DNA of 64,000 nucleotides from Octopus sinensis (lineage: Eukaryota): NCBI RefSeq assembly GCF_006345805.1, contig NW_021834509.1, positions 7,023 through 71,022 on the forward strand, read 5' to 3'. The notes beneath the pieces were generated by a model, which was given only the letters and a program-made list of their open reading frames with translations, was not told where the DNA came from and searched no databases. Below, piece by piece: positions 40,805 through 54,964 of the stretch; position 1 is the stretch's first letter, and every line of letters starts with the position of its first letter. Position numbers and translations under genes: made by a program.

Positions 40805-40839
40805 CAATGAATAATAATAATAACAATAACAACAACAAC

Positions 40840-40874
<35 letters not shown>

Positions 40875-40988
40875 TAATAATAATATTAATAATAATAATA
40901 ACAACAACAACAATAACAACAGCAACAACAACAACAACAATAACAATAATAACAATAATAATAACAATAATAATAATAAAATAATAAT

Positions 40989-41046
<58 letters not shown>

Positions 41047-41118
41047 TTAATAATAATATAATATTAATAATAATTATAATAATAATAATAATTATAATAA
41101 TAATATTAATAATAATAA

Positions 41119-41149
<31 letters not shown>

Positions 41150-41155
41150 AATAAA
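40805..41155. repeat. (AAT)/(AAC)n microsatellite
   Basis: Directly visible. Confidence 0.95.
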
Positions 41156-41454
41156 ATGAACTGCTTTCAGAAATCTTTATCGTGTTAATTTTAGTATCTG
41201 ATAACAAAGGCAATATTCTTTGTTATCTTGTAGATATAATGCAATTTGTTTTTCTTATTGTAGATTAAATTGTAGAATGAAAGAAACTTATACAATCAAG
41301 GAATGTCTAACTCCGTTTTTGATACTTCTTCAGAGATATTTCACTTCATTTCTTCTTTGAATTCTCTTCGACTCTAAAATAGAAGTCTTCCTCAGACCTC
41401 CATGTTTATCCAGATTTTTCGAGACATTTAAGATGAAGGTATAAAACTCCCCAC

Positions 41455-41640
41455 CTTTGAAAGGGACACCAGTCCGTCGCAGAAGTGATGTCCAGGTGCC
41501 ATAATGGTACTCAGTTTCAGCTGAGTATACTGGAACCACATGAAATGAAGAACTTTGCACTAAAGACACAACACTCGGTCCGGTTCGAGAATCGAAACCG
41601 CATGCTAACGTTCGTGATCCTAACACCCTAAATACTAGCC
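41455..41640 (-). mobile_element. Diverged SINE of a fourth family
   Basis: tRNA-like head (gcggtttcgattctcgaaccggac on the minus strand) plus gctgagtatactggaaccacatgaaatgaag core. Confidence 0.5.
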
Positions 41641-41814
41641 CATACGCATTGACACACTATAAAATTCTGTAAGTTTAAGTCAACGAGTGAATTTTTATGT
41701 TGTTGTTTAATCTGCTCGTAATAGCAGCCAAACTTTGCTCAAATCAAGCCCTGGTGGATTGTAGGGAAAAGAAGGTGCGGAAGTTCGAGTGTACCGTATG
41801 GATGGACATCAAAT

Positions 41815-42050
41815 ATACCTATTTCTTTATTACCCACAAGGGGCTAAACATAGAGGGGAAAAACAAGGACAGACATAGGTATTAAGTCGATTACATCGAC
41901 CCCAGTGCGTAACTGGTACTTAATTTATCGACCCCGAAAGGATGAAAGGCAAAGTCGACCTCGGCGAAATTTGAACTCAGAACATAACGGTAGACGAAAT
42001 ACCGCAAAGCATTTCGCCCGGCGTGCTAACGCTTCTCCCAGCTCGCCGCC
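41815..42050 (-). mobile_element. S1 SINE
   Basis: Near-consensus copy. Confidence 0.9.
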
Positions 42051-42204
42051 TTAGGCAAAGCGATTACTCAAAATATAATAATAAATGTGACAGTAATAGA
42101 GCAATTTCTGGAATTTAAAGAAGCCATTTTCGGTCGAAGAAGATGGCAACGGGTATGTTGACATTTTCCAGTTGATATTACATGCTAATATCTTTTATAT
42201 TTTA

Positions 42205-43110
42205 ATTAATTAGTTCGGGTAAACGGCCATCTATCCAGACCATTCAACATCACGCGTTTGGTCTGTCAAAGATGTCCTCTCTCGTTACTTCGGTATGTAT
42301 TGACTCTAGAACCACTACTGCGGAAGCTGGCGACGCTGAGGGGCATCCCGCGAGAACAGGGATGCGGGAAGAGCGAGGCTGGCATACACGGACGATGTCA
42401 CCGTCATAGTGTCAAGCCACAGGTATATTGGCCTGATCGGCGAGACACTAAAAGAATACTAATCGGTATCGAGAATAAAAATTAACCCGGAAAAATCAGT
42501 GGGCTTGGGGTTCGGCACCTGGAAAAGTAAGCCCATGCCGTCCAACTGCGTCTCCACCATGGGCCACTGGACCGACGGACCAGTTAAATTGATCGGGATC
42601 TGGTTCGGTCCAAATCTCCAAATGGAGAAGAACTGGGATGAGATAACGAGCAGGATGGTCACTCTCACTCAGCTATGGGCCGAGAGGAAGCTATCTCTAA
42701 AAGGTCGGGCTGAGGTGGCGAATGCATACATTGCATCTGTCATCTACTATCGCCTGACCGTTGTGCCTTGTCCTGACCCTACCATAACGAAATTGGAACG
42801 CATACTCTTATACTTTTTGTGGAACAGAAGCATTCCGATGGTTAGGCGATTCATTTGCTGTCAACATCCGGTAAATGGAGGGTTGGGTATGCCGTGGTTG
42901 ATGACGCTCAGACATGTGCTGAGACTGCTACATCTCCAGCGTTTCATAGACGATAGTGAACAGGTGTGGTTGCCGTTTGTGAGACACGCTTTTTCCGCAG
43001 CTCGTATTATTGACTGAACCGCAATCAAGCACATACCGAAGCTGGGCGAATGACACCGCGAGTGTCGCCATGCTCTCGAGCAGTTCTGCCATCCGGGCAT
43101 AATACAGCCA
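42205..43110 (+). mobile_element. L1/Tx1-clade RT fragment
   Basis: Contains (Q)RCPLSLLRYVLTLEPLLRKL, AYTDDVT, PEKSVGL, WAERKLSLKGRAEVANAYIAS and GGLGMP. Confidence 0.85.
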
Positions 43111-43254
43111 TTAAGAAAACGGATGATTTTTATGAAGTTGAATAGAGATACACTAGACCCTGTTATAAGATGGGGTGATCACGGCTGGAATACCTTTCAC
43201 CACATATCTGTTCAATCAGGGATAAACAACAATATTAACCAACAGCAACAACAA

Positions 43255-43712
43255 TGGAGGCGCAATGGCCCAGTGGTTAGAGCAGCGGACGCGCGGTCGT
43301 AAGATCGCGGTTCCGATTCCCAGACTGGGCATTGTGAGTGTTCATTGAGCAAAAACACCTAACCTCCACGAGGTTCCGGTGAGGGAGGTTGGTGAACCCC
43401 GCTGTAATCTTTCACCACAACTTTCTCCCACTCTTTCTTCCTACTTCTGCTACAAAGCAGAGGAACCATGGTGTAACCCACTATGGTGTGGTGAGCTTTC
43501 AGACCCTAGTCTAGATTGCGAATCCTCTGTACCCCAGGATGGTTCAGCTCTCCACCCGTTAAAAGCAACCGTTTACGGAATGAGGATAACAACGTAGCTT
43601 TCGCGCCCGTGTAACCGCGAGTCTATCGCTTGTGGTGGGTGGTTCTTCAAGTTTCTCACACGCATATTAGTAGCTTAGAGTAGCCTCGAATTAGAGATTA
43701 TTCTTTGTGGCT
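43255..43712 (+). mobile_element. S3 SINE, tail B
   Basis: Tail matches about 4800-5060. Confidence 0.85.
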
Positions 43713-43764
43713 AGAAGAAGACAGCAACAACAGCAATAACAAACACCAACAAAACAACAAATAA

Positions 43765-44318
43765 TTGAAAGCAGAGACGACTCGAAGGAATTTGAACCCA
43801 GAACGTACAAACGGACGAGATGCCACTAAGCGCTTTGCCCGGCGTGCTAACGACTTCGCCAGCTCGCCGCCTTAAATTGTTTTCAAATCTTGACAAAGGC
43901 CAGCAATTTTCTTTTTGGGGGTGGGTGAGATCGAATCGATTACATGGACCCCAATGCTCAACAGGTAATTATTTTATCGATTACGAAAGAAATAAAAAGT
44001 GAAGTCGACCTCGGTGCACTTTGAACCCAGAATATACGGACAGACGAAATGCCGCTAAACATTTTGCCCGGCGTGCTAACGATTCTGCCAGCTCACCGCT
44101 TGAAAATGGTATGAAATTTTGGCACAAGGTCAGCAATTTTGGGAGGGGGAAATCGATTACGTAGACCCCTGTGCTCAACAGATAGTTATTTTATCGACCC
44201 TGAAAGGAATGAAAGGAAGGGTCGACCTCGGCGGATTTTGAACCAAGAACGTAAAGATGAACGAAATGCCTGTAAGGATTTTTATCGGCGTGCTAACAAT
44301 TCCGCCAGCTCGCCGCCT
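43765..44318 (-). mobile_element. Chain of three S1 SINE copies
   Basis: Heads ccagctc(g/a)ccgc at about 43860, 44090 and 44310. Confidence 0.85.
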
Positions 44319-45521
44319 TATTGGAGTTATATAATATATTGAAGCCGCTCAGGGGTCGGGGTGGATTTTAGTTAAAGAAGTATTTTATGAAACCCCCAGG
44401 CTCGTATTTTAACAGTTTCCATGCAGTTGGTTTTATTCTCCATAACTTATTGATGTGAATTTGGATTTTTTCAATACTGACGAACATAAAATATTATACA
44501 GAAAGAAAAGAACGAGCCATATAAGTTTACAGAAGAGGAAATGAAAATCTTGTTTGTTAATATCTAGGAAATGGCTGAAAACATTAATTCAATTGAACAA
44601 AAATCATAACGCAAAAGGAAACATTTTCTTCATCGATTCAATTAACTATATTCTTAGAAGTGATAGCATCTTTCTTAATATAGTATATCTACAAATTAAT
44701 GTACCAGGAATAACTGGTCTCGATCCACTAGTCTATATACTTCAAATAAGAAAAGAAGCTCAGTATTTTGGCTTCAGGGTCAGACAAAAGGGCAACAATA
44801 CTAACATTATTTTGCGTGTTCTGCAAGTTTAAAACAAATTATGTCGTGTGTTCGAATCGCACCGTAGTCAATTTGACTCCCATCATTCCCTAATTGAGAA
44901 AATAAAATAAAGTAAGCAAACCAACCGAAAACTGATACTGATGTAATCCACTGTGTTCTATGCCTCGATGTGTGGCCTGGGTAGTGCAGGTTATAAATGC
45001 TTATTACAGACGCAATTTAAATGTTTGAAATTTTGGCCAAGAATGTGAGTTCAAAACCTTTCAAAGCCAGCTGTGCTTTTCACTCTTCAGACATCAATAA
45101 CAACAACCAGTAATAAACTAATATTCATTGAATAGACTATAAATGCTCTTGAAAGCCAATATTTCTCAGGAAAGGAGATGATTGGCAAAAGACAACCCCC
45201 CCCCAAAAAAACCCCCAAAAATAAACATGCTGAAACAATTCTGATAATTGTGATCTTATTTTCTTTATTTACGGCATTACAATATTGATTTGTAACATTG
45301 GCCGAAGGACATAAATAAATTTGTATATAAATAAATGTGTATAGTTATTAAAGCCCACCACTGTGTGGTGGGCTTAAGAGCTATGCCAATGGAGTGCAAG
45401 CTCTTGGTAGGGTCTCCCATCTGAGTTCGATTCCAGGCAAGGAATAATAATAATAATAATAATAACAACAACATCGAAAACTACCCTAGCAATGAGAACC
45501 CAGCTTCGAAAATTCCCCAAG

Positions 45522-45565
45522 ACACCTGATTAAGGCTGGAGTTTATGTCAGCCGAGACGTTGTGT
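45522..45565 (+). ncRNA. Decayed minimal type I HHR in a Penelope pLTR-like repeat
   Basis: ACAC CTGATTA A GGCTG..CAGCC GAGA CG TT GTGT. Stems are intact but the core has two substitutions. Confidence 0.45.
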
Positions 45566-46711
45566 TAACAACAAACAAGATGAGGACAAATATCCGTCAA
45601 ATGTAAATAATGTAAATAATGTTTAAGGTATTTTGCCTGACATCGTAGCGATTCTGGCATACATGAACAAAACCCTTACTCCACTTGCTTACCAACGAGC
45701 ATCCATCTCTTTGAAATTGGTAACAAAATGGGAGTTAAAAATATTTGTTATTTTGCTGCATTTCAGAGCTGCTAAATATCTCGCGTTTCCTGATGTTGAG
45801 TAGTTGAGAGAAAAAATAGCTCTTCTATTGGGCAGAATATAAATATAGGTTAGCATTCAATAGATTACTTGGTATCTATTCACAACAGCTGAGTGGCTTG
45901 AGGTATCTAGAATAAAGGACATATCGCAAACACATTACAAAGAAATGTTTGCTGCGGATTCAAGTAATACATATGAAGAGATTGGTTATTATTATTATAT
46001 CAGTTCGGCTCTTTTGTTCCTACTTTATTGACTGTAATAGTCTGATGCCGTTTACACTTCTCACTCGCAGTATCATCTTTAGGAAACTACGTCTGCCCTA
46101 TCAGAGTTAACTGAATTTGAATGACGGGGAATTAAAATAAATAAGAACTAAAATCGTTATTGGCAAAAATGTGGTGAAAACAAATGCAAAGAGCCAGTCT
46201 CCGACCATCCGCCATTACTAATGATTATTTGTCTGGCTGTCTTTATACCCTAGCCATACAGTTAGCTGTAGCATCGAAGAGTTTTTAGATTGTTTCAAAA
46301 CAACTGATGAAATCGAATCAAATTTTGAAAGGTTTTTCGCTTTAGAGCTGGGTCAACAAACAAACAGATTGAACGTTTGGGCTATTTATATAAGAAAATT
46401 TAGACTTAGAGTCAAGAGGTGTTGTCGATCAAGCTGATTATCCAAGCATTTAATGGCCGTCTTTATTCGCTTCACTAAATAACTTGTCTTGCGGCTAGAA
46501 ATACTTTTAGCATAGCTTCCCGCTCAATTCACGTTGCCTGAATTACTAACATGACTACACCTTCTAAAGACCAGCTAAACAGATTTAGAAATGCTATTTC
46601 TCGAACGGGCTTCCTATTTATATATATATATTTCTCTTCTTTAATCAATTATTCATTATAATTTGATTTCTTCTTAATTTTGTAACTTTTATTTTATTGG
46701 AAAAGCAAAAC

Positions 46712-46758
<47 letters not shown>

Positions 46759-47089
46759 CACACACACACCACACACACACACACACACACCACATATATA
46801 TATATATATTATATATATATATATAATATATATATATTAATATATATATATATTATATAATATATATATATATACACATACATACATACATGCATATATA
46901 CATATCTATCAATCTAGCTATCTATCTATATATATATAGATATATACATACAGACATACAAACACACACGTACACACACATATGTATATATATATATATA
47001 TATATATTTATATGTGCGTACACACGTACTTACTTACGTACATAGACACACACATATACATACACACACGCTCATGCGGATATACAGTA

Positions 47090-47534
47090 ATTGATTGAAG
47101 AGAATCGTTGCAACAGTCACCAAAATGCCTTGCGGTATTTCTTCCCGTTGTTTACGCTGCGAGTTCAAATGCCGCAGAGGTCAACTTTGCTTTCCTTTCA
47201 TCTTTTCAGGGTTGATCTAGTGAAGTACTACTCAAGTTATGTGTTGACTGGCATCTTAGCATCTTCTAAACACGCCCCCATAAACTACTGCAGTTAGAAT
47301 CATGCGTACATACACACATACGTACATACATGCATATATAACAATACAGAGACACTCACACATACTTATATATGTATATGTACGTGCGTGCGTATGTATA
47401 TGATATGAGGCATCGGCAGCGTAACTTGAAGCTATGGACCTTCGCTTTGTTACTGAAAATCCTTCAGGTGCTCGTCCACGAAATTCTATATTTATGCCAT
47501 ATCTATGCCAGAAACTTTTAGTCTTTAATAATAT

Positions 47535-47572
<38 letters not shown>

Positions 47573-47940
47573 GCCGTCTTTACACTCTACTTTGTGCTCT
47601 ACTTTGCCTTTCATCCTTTCAGGGTCGATATAGTAACTACCAGTTGAACATTGGGGTCGATGTCATCGACTAACTCCCTTCTCGAAAATTTCAGATCTTC
47701 GTAGAAAGAATTATTCTAAGATACTCGAAGACAGAGAGCTGCCATTTAGTTGAAATTTTCGAAAAAGGAGCTAGCCAATTACATCGACCCCAGTGTTCTA
47801 CTGGTAAATATTTTATCGACCCCGAAAGAAGGAAAGGCACAGTGGACCACGGTAGAACTTGAACTCAGAATGTAAAGACGGACAAAATACAGCTAAGCAT
47901 TTTGAGTAGCATGGAAACAATTCTGTCAGCTAGCAGCCTT
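47090..47940. mobile_element. Cluster of diverged S1 copies (+ about 47090, + about 47570, - about 47750-47940)
   Basis: Core motifs are recognisable. Confidence 0.65.
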
Positions 47941-48120
47941 GTATTTTAGAATAATTATATATCTTAAGGAGAAGAGAAACACTATGATATTGCTATGTTG
48001 TTATATTGCATCTGTTATGTTATGTGTGAGGCTTTTACCACTTGAAAACATATACAAGGGCGAGATCTTAACTCATTCGAACATATGTATGGCTCTTCAA
48101 AAAGGAAGTGAGATAGACTA

Positions 48121-48532
48121 ATTCTTTTACTCTTTTACTTGTTTCAGTCATTTGACAGTGGCCATGCTGGAGCACCACCTTTAGTCGAGCAAATCGACCT
48201 CAGGACTTATTCTTTGTAAGCCAAGTACTTATTTTATCGGTCTCTTTTGCTGAACCGCTAAGTTACGGGGATGTAAACACACCAGCATCGGTTGTCAAGC
48301 GATGTTGGGAGGACAAATACAGACACGCAAACGTATACACACACATAAAAATATACATATACATATATACGACGGGCTTCTTTCAGTTTCCGCCTACCAA
48401 ATCCACTCACAAGGCTTTGGTCGGCCTGAGGCTATAGTAGAAGTCACATGCCGAAGGTGCCACGCAGTGGAACTGATTCCGGAACCATGTGGTTGGTAAG
48501 CAAGCTACTTACTACACAGCCACTCCTACACC
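48121..48532 (-). mobile_element. S2 SINE, full length
   Basis: Reverse complement of the S2 consensus. Confidence 0.9.
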
Positions 48533-49595
48533 TATAATACAAACCTTCTTTTATTAAATAGATGATCAAGTTGTATGGAAGATGGTGCATCGTCAGAAGA
48601 GTCTACGGCTGTATATTGCTGGTACATATTCGAGCCAAAATATCATTGATCGACCAGTTAGAAACATATCGCATTCAAATCTAGATTGCACGTTATCATT
48701 TTAAGAGAAGTAAAGACACGTTGGGTCATACGGTGATTCATTAGTGAATGAAGGGATGGCCAAGGCTGGAATATTACTATTAGAGGTTGAACCCAGCGTG
48801 AAGAGCAGTAACAGCAATAAATATAAATGCTCGAGTGAGGTATTTTGACATATTACGGTTCCTGTCAACTCGCGATTCACAAACGATATATACGCTCGGT
48901 AACATACATGTCTACGCTCGAGTCTCTCTGTCTCTCTACAAACACACATACAAACACACGCACAAACGTGTATATATATATATACGTAGATATATATATT
49001 TAAATATATATGCGTATATATGTATATACACATGCACACACACGGGCACGCACACCAAGACATATCTCTCTACAAATATACTGACATACATGTATACACA
49101 TACACGCGTACACACGCATATATATATAATACCCTTAAAATTATATATGCATGCGTTAGTGTGCAGCGTGTGCATGTATGAGTGTGCCGGTATGTGCTTG
49201 AGTGCGTGTATATATCATTCTTCAATCTTTTATTTAGCGTTTTCCTATATGCATATATATATAGTTAAATATATGTGCACATACATACATATGTATGTAT
49301 ATATGTCTATATATATACATGTATATATATTTGTATATAATTATATATATATATATGTGTATATGTATCTATATATATGTATAAAAAGTATATATGTACA
49401 TATATATATGTATATATATGTATATATATATATACATATATATATATATACGCGCATACATATATATATGTGTGTATGTATATATACATATATATGTACA
49501 TGTGTATATATGTATGTATATGTTTGTATATGTAATATATATATATATGTATGCATATATCTGTATATATAATTATATATATATATATATATTAT

Positions 49596-49627
<32 letters not shown>

Positions 49628-51017
49628 CATACATATATATATGTATGTATGTGTGTATCTATGCATATATAGATAAATATATCAATGAGAGTTTGAAGTT
49701 CCGTTCACGTTTATATGGCTGGTGGTGGTTAAATGAAAAGAGTTTTCCTCTCTCATCAATCTCTTTATTTGATCGGAGAATCAATTTCCTTCTGTGAAAT
49801 GAGTTCTTTAGCTTCATGTTGCGTTTGTCAACATTTACTTAACAATTCGAATCCAGATCCGATGACACTCTGCGATAGCTCAATGACGTCATATCGCCTC
49901 TTTCATGTACCAGAGTCCGCTTTAGTAAAACGGTTTTTCTTTCACCTGCTGTTAGTTCTTCTTATTTTTTTTTTTTTCATGCGCATTTTATACGGCTGAA
50001 AGATGGCGTTTAAACTAGAGCACATTCTAAAGACGGGATCAAACATTTATACTGATTTATTTGTTCACTACAAATTGGGAATGAGGATAGTTTCAATTCG
50101 CTATTTCTATTTTTTTTTCTGTATATTTCTTCGAGATGACTGTACATATTTATGAAAATACATGGCTATCATTAACGAAATTCGGCGGAAATGAATGTAA
50201 AGTGAAATTGATATATATATATGTATATATATATGTATGTATGTATGTACGTGTGTGTGTGTGTGTGTGCGTATGTATGTCTCTCTCTCTCTCCCTCCCT
50301 CTCTCTCTCTCTCTCTCTCTCTATCTATATATATATCTATATATATATATATATGATTATATATATATGTATAATCATATTGAAATTATATAACGGGTTT
50401 TTAATTGTTCTATAAAATATATTTCTGATTTTAGCAAATATTAATGCAATAGACAGATGTAAACAATTTATCTTTATATACATTGTCGTTGTCAGCAAAC
50501 TAGGGAACAGCCGGAGCAGTTTCAATCCTGTGCTAAGATTTCACCAGCGCGCAATTATTGCTTAAATGAATAGGATACACTGATTAGCATAAATGACGCT
50601 TTCTCGACAGCTAGTTCGTTTAATAAATCACTAGTATATTAACAGTGCTATATTTTAATGTTATACTTTCCTACAGAGTGTATACATAGATTTTTGCCGA
50701 ATACTGTAAGTAATTGAAAAATGTAAGCATTTTGTCTTAAAATATAATATCCTTGTAGACATTGAAACTTTATTTTTTATTGATTGGATTTTAGTTTTAG
50801 TTTGAATTTATGTGTATGTTTTTTTAATATATATTTAAAATGTGAAAACCTGAGAAAAATCATTGAAAATACTAAAAAAGTTTGTGCTACAATTTACGTG
50901 AATGAAAAATTCTCTAAAGTTAATAATATTTTTTTATTGGGATGAAGTTAGGAAAGCAGTCTGCAAAGCGAAATGCTGGCTCTTCCAAATATCTCTGTTC
51001 TCTTCCAAATATCAGGC

Positions 51018-51150
51018 ACAGGCGGGGCTGTGTGGTAAGTAGCTTGCTTCCCAACCACATGGTCATGGGTTCAGTCCTACTGCATGGCACATTGGGCAAG
51101 TGTCTTCTACTATAGCCTCGGGCCGATCGAAGTCTTGTAAGTGGATTTAA
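51018..51150 (+). mobile_element. S2 SINE 5' half
   Basis: Head and CORE-like segment running into (TCTG)n. Confidence 0.8.
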
Positions 51151-51261
51151 TAAATCTGTCTGTCTGTCTATCTGTCTGTCTATCTGTCTGTCTGTCTATC
51201 TATCTGTCTGTCTGTCTGTCTATCCATCCATCCATCCATCCATCAATCCATCCATCCATCC

Positions 51262-51339
<78 letters not shown>

Positions 51340-51379
51340 TTGTCTGTCTGTCTCTCTGTCTGTCTGAGTGCGTGTGAGG

Positions 51380-52330
51380 GCGGCATGTTTCGCCTTTGTT
51401 TAACAGCACTTGGACATCTTCCTGGTGGGGCCAGTGTATGAAGGTGTCATCAACATATCGCAGCCATAGAGTTTGTTTTAGTGGTGTTGATACTTTGAGA
51501 ATTTGGCTTTAGGATCAACACCACTAAAACCAACTCTATGGCTACGATATGTTGATGACACCTTCATACTCTGGCCCCACCAGGAAGATATCCAAGTGCT
51601 GTTAGATCATGTGGACTCAATAAAGACATCCATTCAGTTCACAACGGAAAAAGAAAAAGAAAAAATCAGCTAGCATTCCTGGACGTATTAATTACACGGA
51701 CCAAGTATAGATTCAGGACACCCGTATTCCGCAAGCCGTCATTCACTGGACGATACCTCAACTTCAACTCCCACCATCCATACAGTGTAAAGAGAAGGAT
51801 TGCTCATTGTCTAAAACATCGAGTAATAATTATAAGTAGCGATCGTGATACCCACCACAAAGAAATGATCAAGCTCAGTAACAATCTATTAAGCAACAAC
51901 TAACCCAAAAGCATACTCTCCACTCCAATTATGAAGAAAAAGAGAGGATGAAACCGACAAAATGAAACCCATATGACAGCAAGACAGTATTCCAAAGTAA
52001 TACAACACTTCGCTAATATCTCCTTCGAGTAACACCACCAATAGAAGAGAATATGACTAAGAACTGCGTGTACTCAGTCCCATGCAGCTGTGGTAGGTTA
52101 TACAAAGGCGAAACATGCCGCTCCACTCAAAATAAAGGTAGAAGAACATCGCAAAGCTGATCATGTTGGGAAAAATGGAGACCACCTCACCCTGTGGGAT
52201 GAAGTTAAAATAATAGACAGAGAATACCACTGGAAAATATGAAAACTAAAAGAAGCAGCACATATGCTAGGACACAACAAACACCCAAGCAGATCGAGTG
52301 CAGATATGAAGAGCATATGGGAACCGGTAC
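51380..52330 (+). mobile_element. Penelope-like RT C-terminus plus GIY-YIG endonuclease, with 5' inversion
   Basis: Contains LWLRYVDDTFILW, LAFLDVLI, RYLNFNSHHP and CVYSVPCSCGRLYKGETCR. Confidence 0.9.
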
Positions 52331-52690
52331 TAATGGACCATGCCTGGACAAGAGCAGTGTAAATAATGGTGAGGAGATATCCATGTAGGATCAAGTGGCG
52401 AGCCATGAGTTGAGACTGAGTCTCAAAGTCATGGCAGTCACTGCAGAGCCTACGGAGATGGAGGAATTGAGAGTAGGGGATGGAGTGCTAGGTGTGGGTA
52501 GGATAGGAAGAGGAGAAGTTGAGGCAGTCTAGTTGAGGAAGATAAGTTGTGGTAGGTGTGAGTTAATGTGTTTGTAGTGGATAGAGGTGGTGAAAGCAGA
52601 AATAGAGGTGGTGTTGCAGAAATGTCGAGAAATTTGACGAGAAATCTTGCATGCATTAATTTCAACCCTTCTTATTAATAACCGCAATTT
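52330..52690 (-). mobile_element. Second Penelope-like RT fragment
   Basis: Minus strand gives KFLDIS, TTSIHYK and HSIPYSQFLHLRRLCSDCHDFETQSQLMARHLILHGY. Confidence 0.75.
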
Positions 52691-53030
52691 TTCCTTCCAG
52701 GTAAATTGACATCTGACTGCTCAAAGAAGACTTCAAAAGTAACTGGTAACGACTTCTCTTGAAGTTTCAGATCTTTACATTCAACCATCAATCATCACAT
52801 CGCTACCAAATCTAACAAAGGAAATACATGATGGTTCCACAGCAAAAGTCGCCTTTCACATAATATCCTCATATACTATCCTATCTAAATCAGCATCAAT
52901 AAGGATTTCGATTCCATTCTCCCCTTTCGCCTACACAATCTATGCAATACAGGTCACCTACGTTGCCATCATGATCACCGATTAAAACTCACCACCGCAA
53001 AAAGCAAAACACCTTCACACATCTACAATC
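52690..53030 (+). mobile_element. Probable Penelope-like N-terminal coding relic
   Basis: Ex-coding composition abutting the inverted RT piece; family assignment is weak. Confidence 0.3.
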
Positions 53031-53109
53031 ATCATCATCACCATCATCATTATCATCACCACCACCACCACCACCGCCACCACCATCATCATCTAAAGGC
53101 AGCAGTAAA

Positions 53110-54260
53110 AATGCTATCAATGTCATTTCTTCTTCTTCTCTTCTTCTTCTTCTTCTTCTTCTTCTTCTTCTTCTTCTTCTTCTTCTTCTTCTTCTTCTTC
53201 TTCTTCTTCTTCTTCTTCCCCTCCTCCTGCTCCTGCTCCTCTTCCTTCTTCTTTTTCTTCTTCATCTACCTTTCGTCTTCTCTTTTTCCTCCTCCTCCGT
53301 TTACCCTACCCTCTCTTACCCTCCGACTGTCCTCTTCCCTTCCTCCTTCCCTCTTCCTACATTTTCATCTTTCTCTCTCCCCCTGTTTTCCCCTCCCGCT
53401 CGTGCTTACCCTCCTCATGACCCCTCCTCTTTCTCCCTTCCTCCGATTCTTGGTCCTTCCCCTGCATTTTCCCTCTCTTTCTTCTTTTCCTCCTCCTCCT
53501 CCTCTTCCACTTCCATTTTATCTACCACCTCCTTCTATCTTTCCCCTTCTGTTTTTTTCTTCCTTCTCCTACTCATTCTCTACTAATCCTCCTCTACTGT
53601 TTCGTTTTCATCTTCTTTTCCTTCTTCTATCATCCTCTACCTCTCCACCTCCTCTTCCTCCTCCTCCTCTTCCCCCTTCTGTGAGTCAGTGTGATTGTAG
53701 TGGATGGAGGTAGTGAGAGTGGAGTGGTGAATATTGACAGAAATTTCGAGAAATTCGACAGAAGGTGGTGAGAGCTTCCTCTCTTGCTCTCCTCCTGCTC
53801 TTCCGCTACTCCTCCTCTGCCTCTCCTCCTCCTCCTCTTCCTTTTTCTTGTTCTCCTACTCTACATTCTCCTCCTCCTCATCCTTCTTCTCCTCCTTCTC
53901 CTCCTTCTTCTCCTCCTTCTCCTCCTTCTTCTCCTCCTTCTCCTCCTTCTTCTCCTCCTCTTCCCTCCTCGTACCTTCTCATCCTCCACGTCTTCCTCGT
54001 CCCCGTCGTCATCCTCCTCCTTCTCCTCCTCTTCCTCGTCTTTGTCCGCCTCTCTTCCTCCTCCTCTTCCTCTCCTCCTCTTCCTCTCCTTCTCCTGCGC
54101 TCTTCCTTGCCCCTCTTCATTCTCCTCCCCTCTTCTTTCTCCTCCCCATTCCTTCGCCCCTCTTACTTCCCCTCCTCTCTTCCTCCTCTCCTCTTCCTTC
54201 TCCTCTCCCATCCTTCTTCTTTCCCCTCTTCTTCATCACCCTCCCCTCCTCACTCCGCTT
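53110..54260. repeat. About 1.1-kb polypyrimidine (TTC/TCC)n tract with embedded RT remnant at about 53680-53775
   Basis: The + strand is almost purine-free. The insert reads EFLEISVNIHHSTLTTSIHYNHTDSH on the minus strand. Confidence 0.85.
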
Positions 54261-54610
54261 CCGCCAAATTTCACATTCTATTCAATATAGTTCCTCTATA
54301 ATATCCAGGCGAAAGCTTCGTATAAATCACAACAGTGGCCTGCCATACTCACGTTACACGCGTGTATGTAAAATGCTCTGATATATAATCCTTAAATGAT
54401 AAAAGTATATGCGCACAGTATTGTAGTATATTGCTATACGATAAAAGTGTATAGATACACATGTCGAATGCACGTACAATATTACTATATACGATGATAT
54501 GATTAATGCATGCTATCAGAATATACACTTCCTTCAAATAGAAATATAATGCAGAACAAATAATTTTTCTTATTATTCGTGTCTACCTACCTACCTACCT
54601 ACCTACCTAC

Positions 54611-54844
54611 ATACCTATTTCTTTATTGCCCACAAGGAGCTAAACATAGAGGGGACAAACAAGGACAGACAAAGGGATTAAGTCGATTACATCGACCCAG
54701 TGCGTAACTGGTGCTTAATTTATCGACCCCGAATGGATGAAAGGTAAAGTCGATCTCGGCGGAATTTGAACTCAGAACGCAGCGGTGGACGAAATACCAC
54801 TAAGCATTTCGCCCTGCGTGCTAACGTTTCTGCCAGCTAGCCGC

Positions 54845-54845
<1 letters not shown>
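54611..54845 (-). mobile_element. S1 SINE between (CTAC)n and (TCTA)n
   Basis: Near-consensus copy. Confidence 0.9.
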
Positions 54846-54930
<85 letters not shown>

Positions 54931-54964
54931 GTCAGTCAGTCTGTCTCCTCCACCACATATTTTT

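Noticed and set aside
44477-44510. CTGACGA...GAAA
   Set aside because: No pairing in stems II, III or I.
46304-46345. CTGATGA...GAAA
   Set aside because: Stem II is only 2 bp and there is no stem I or III.
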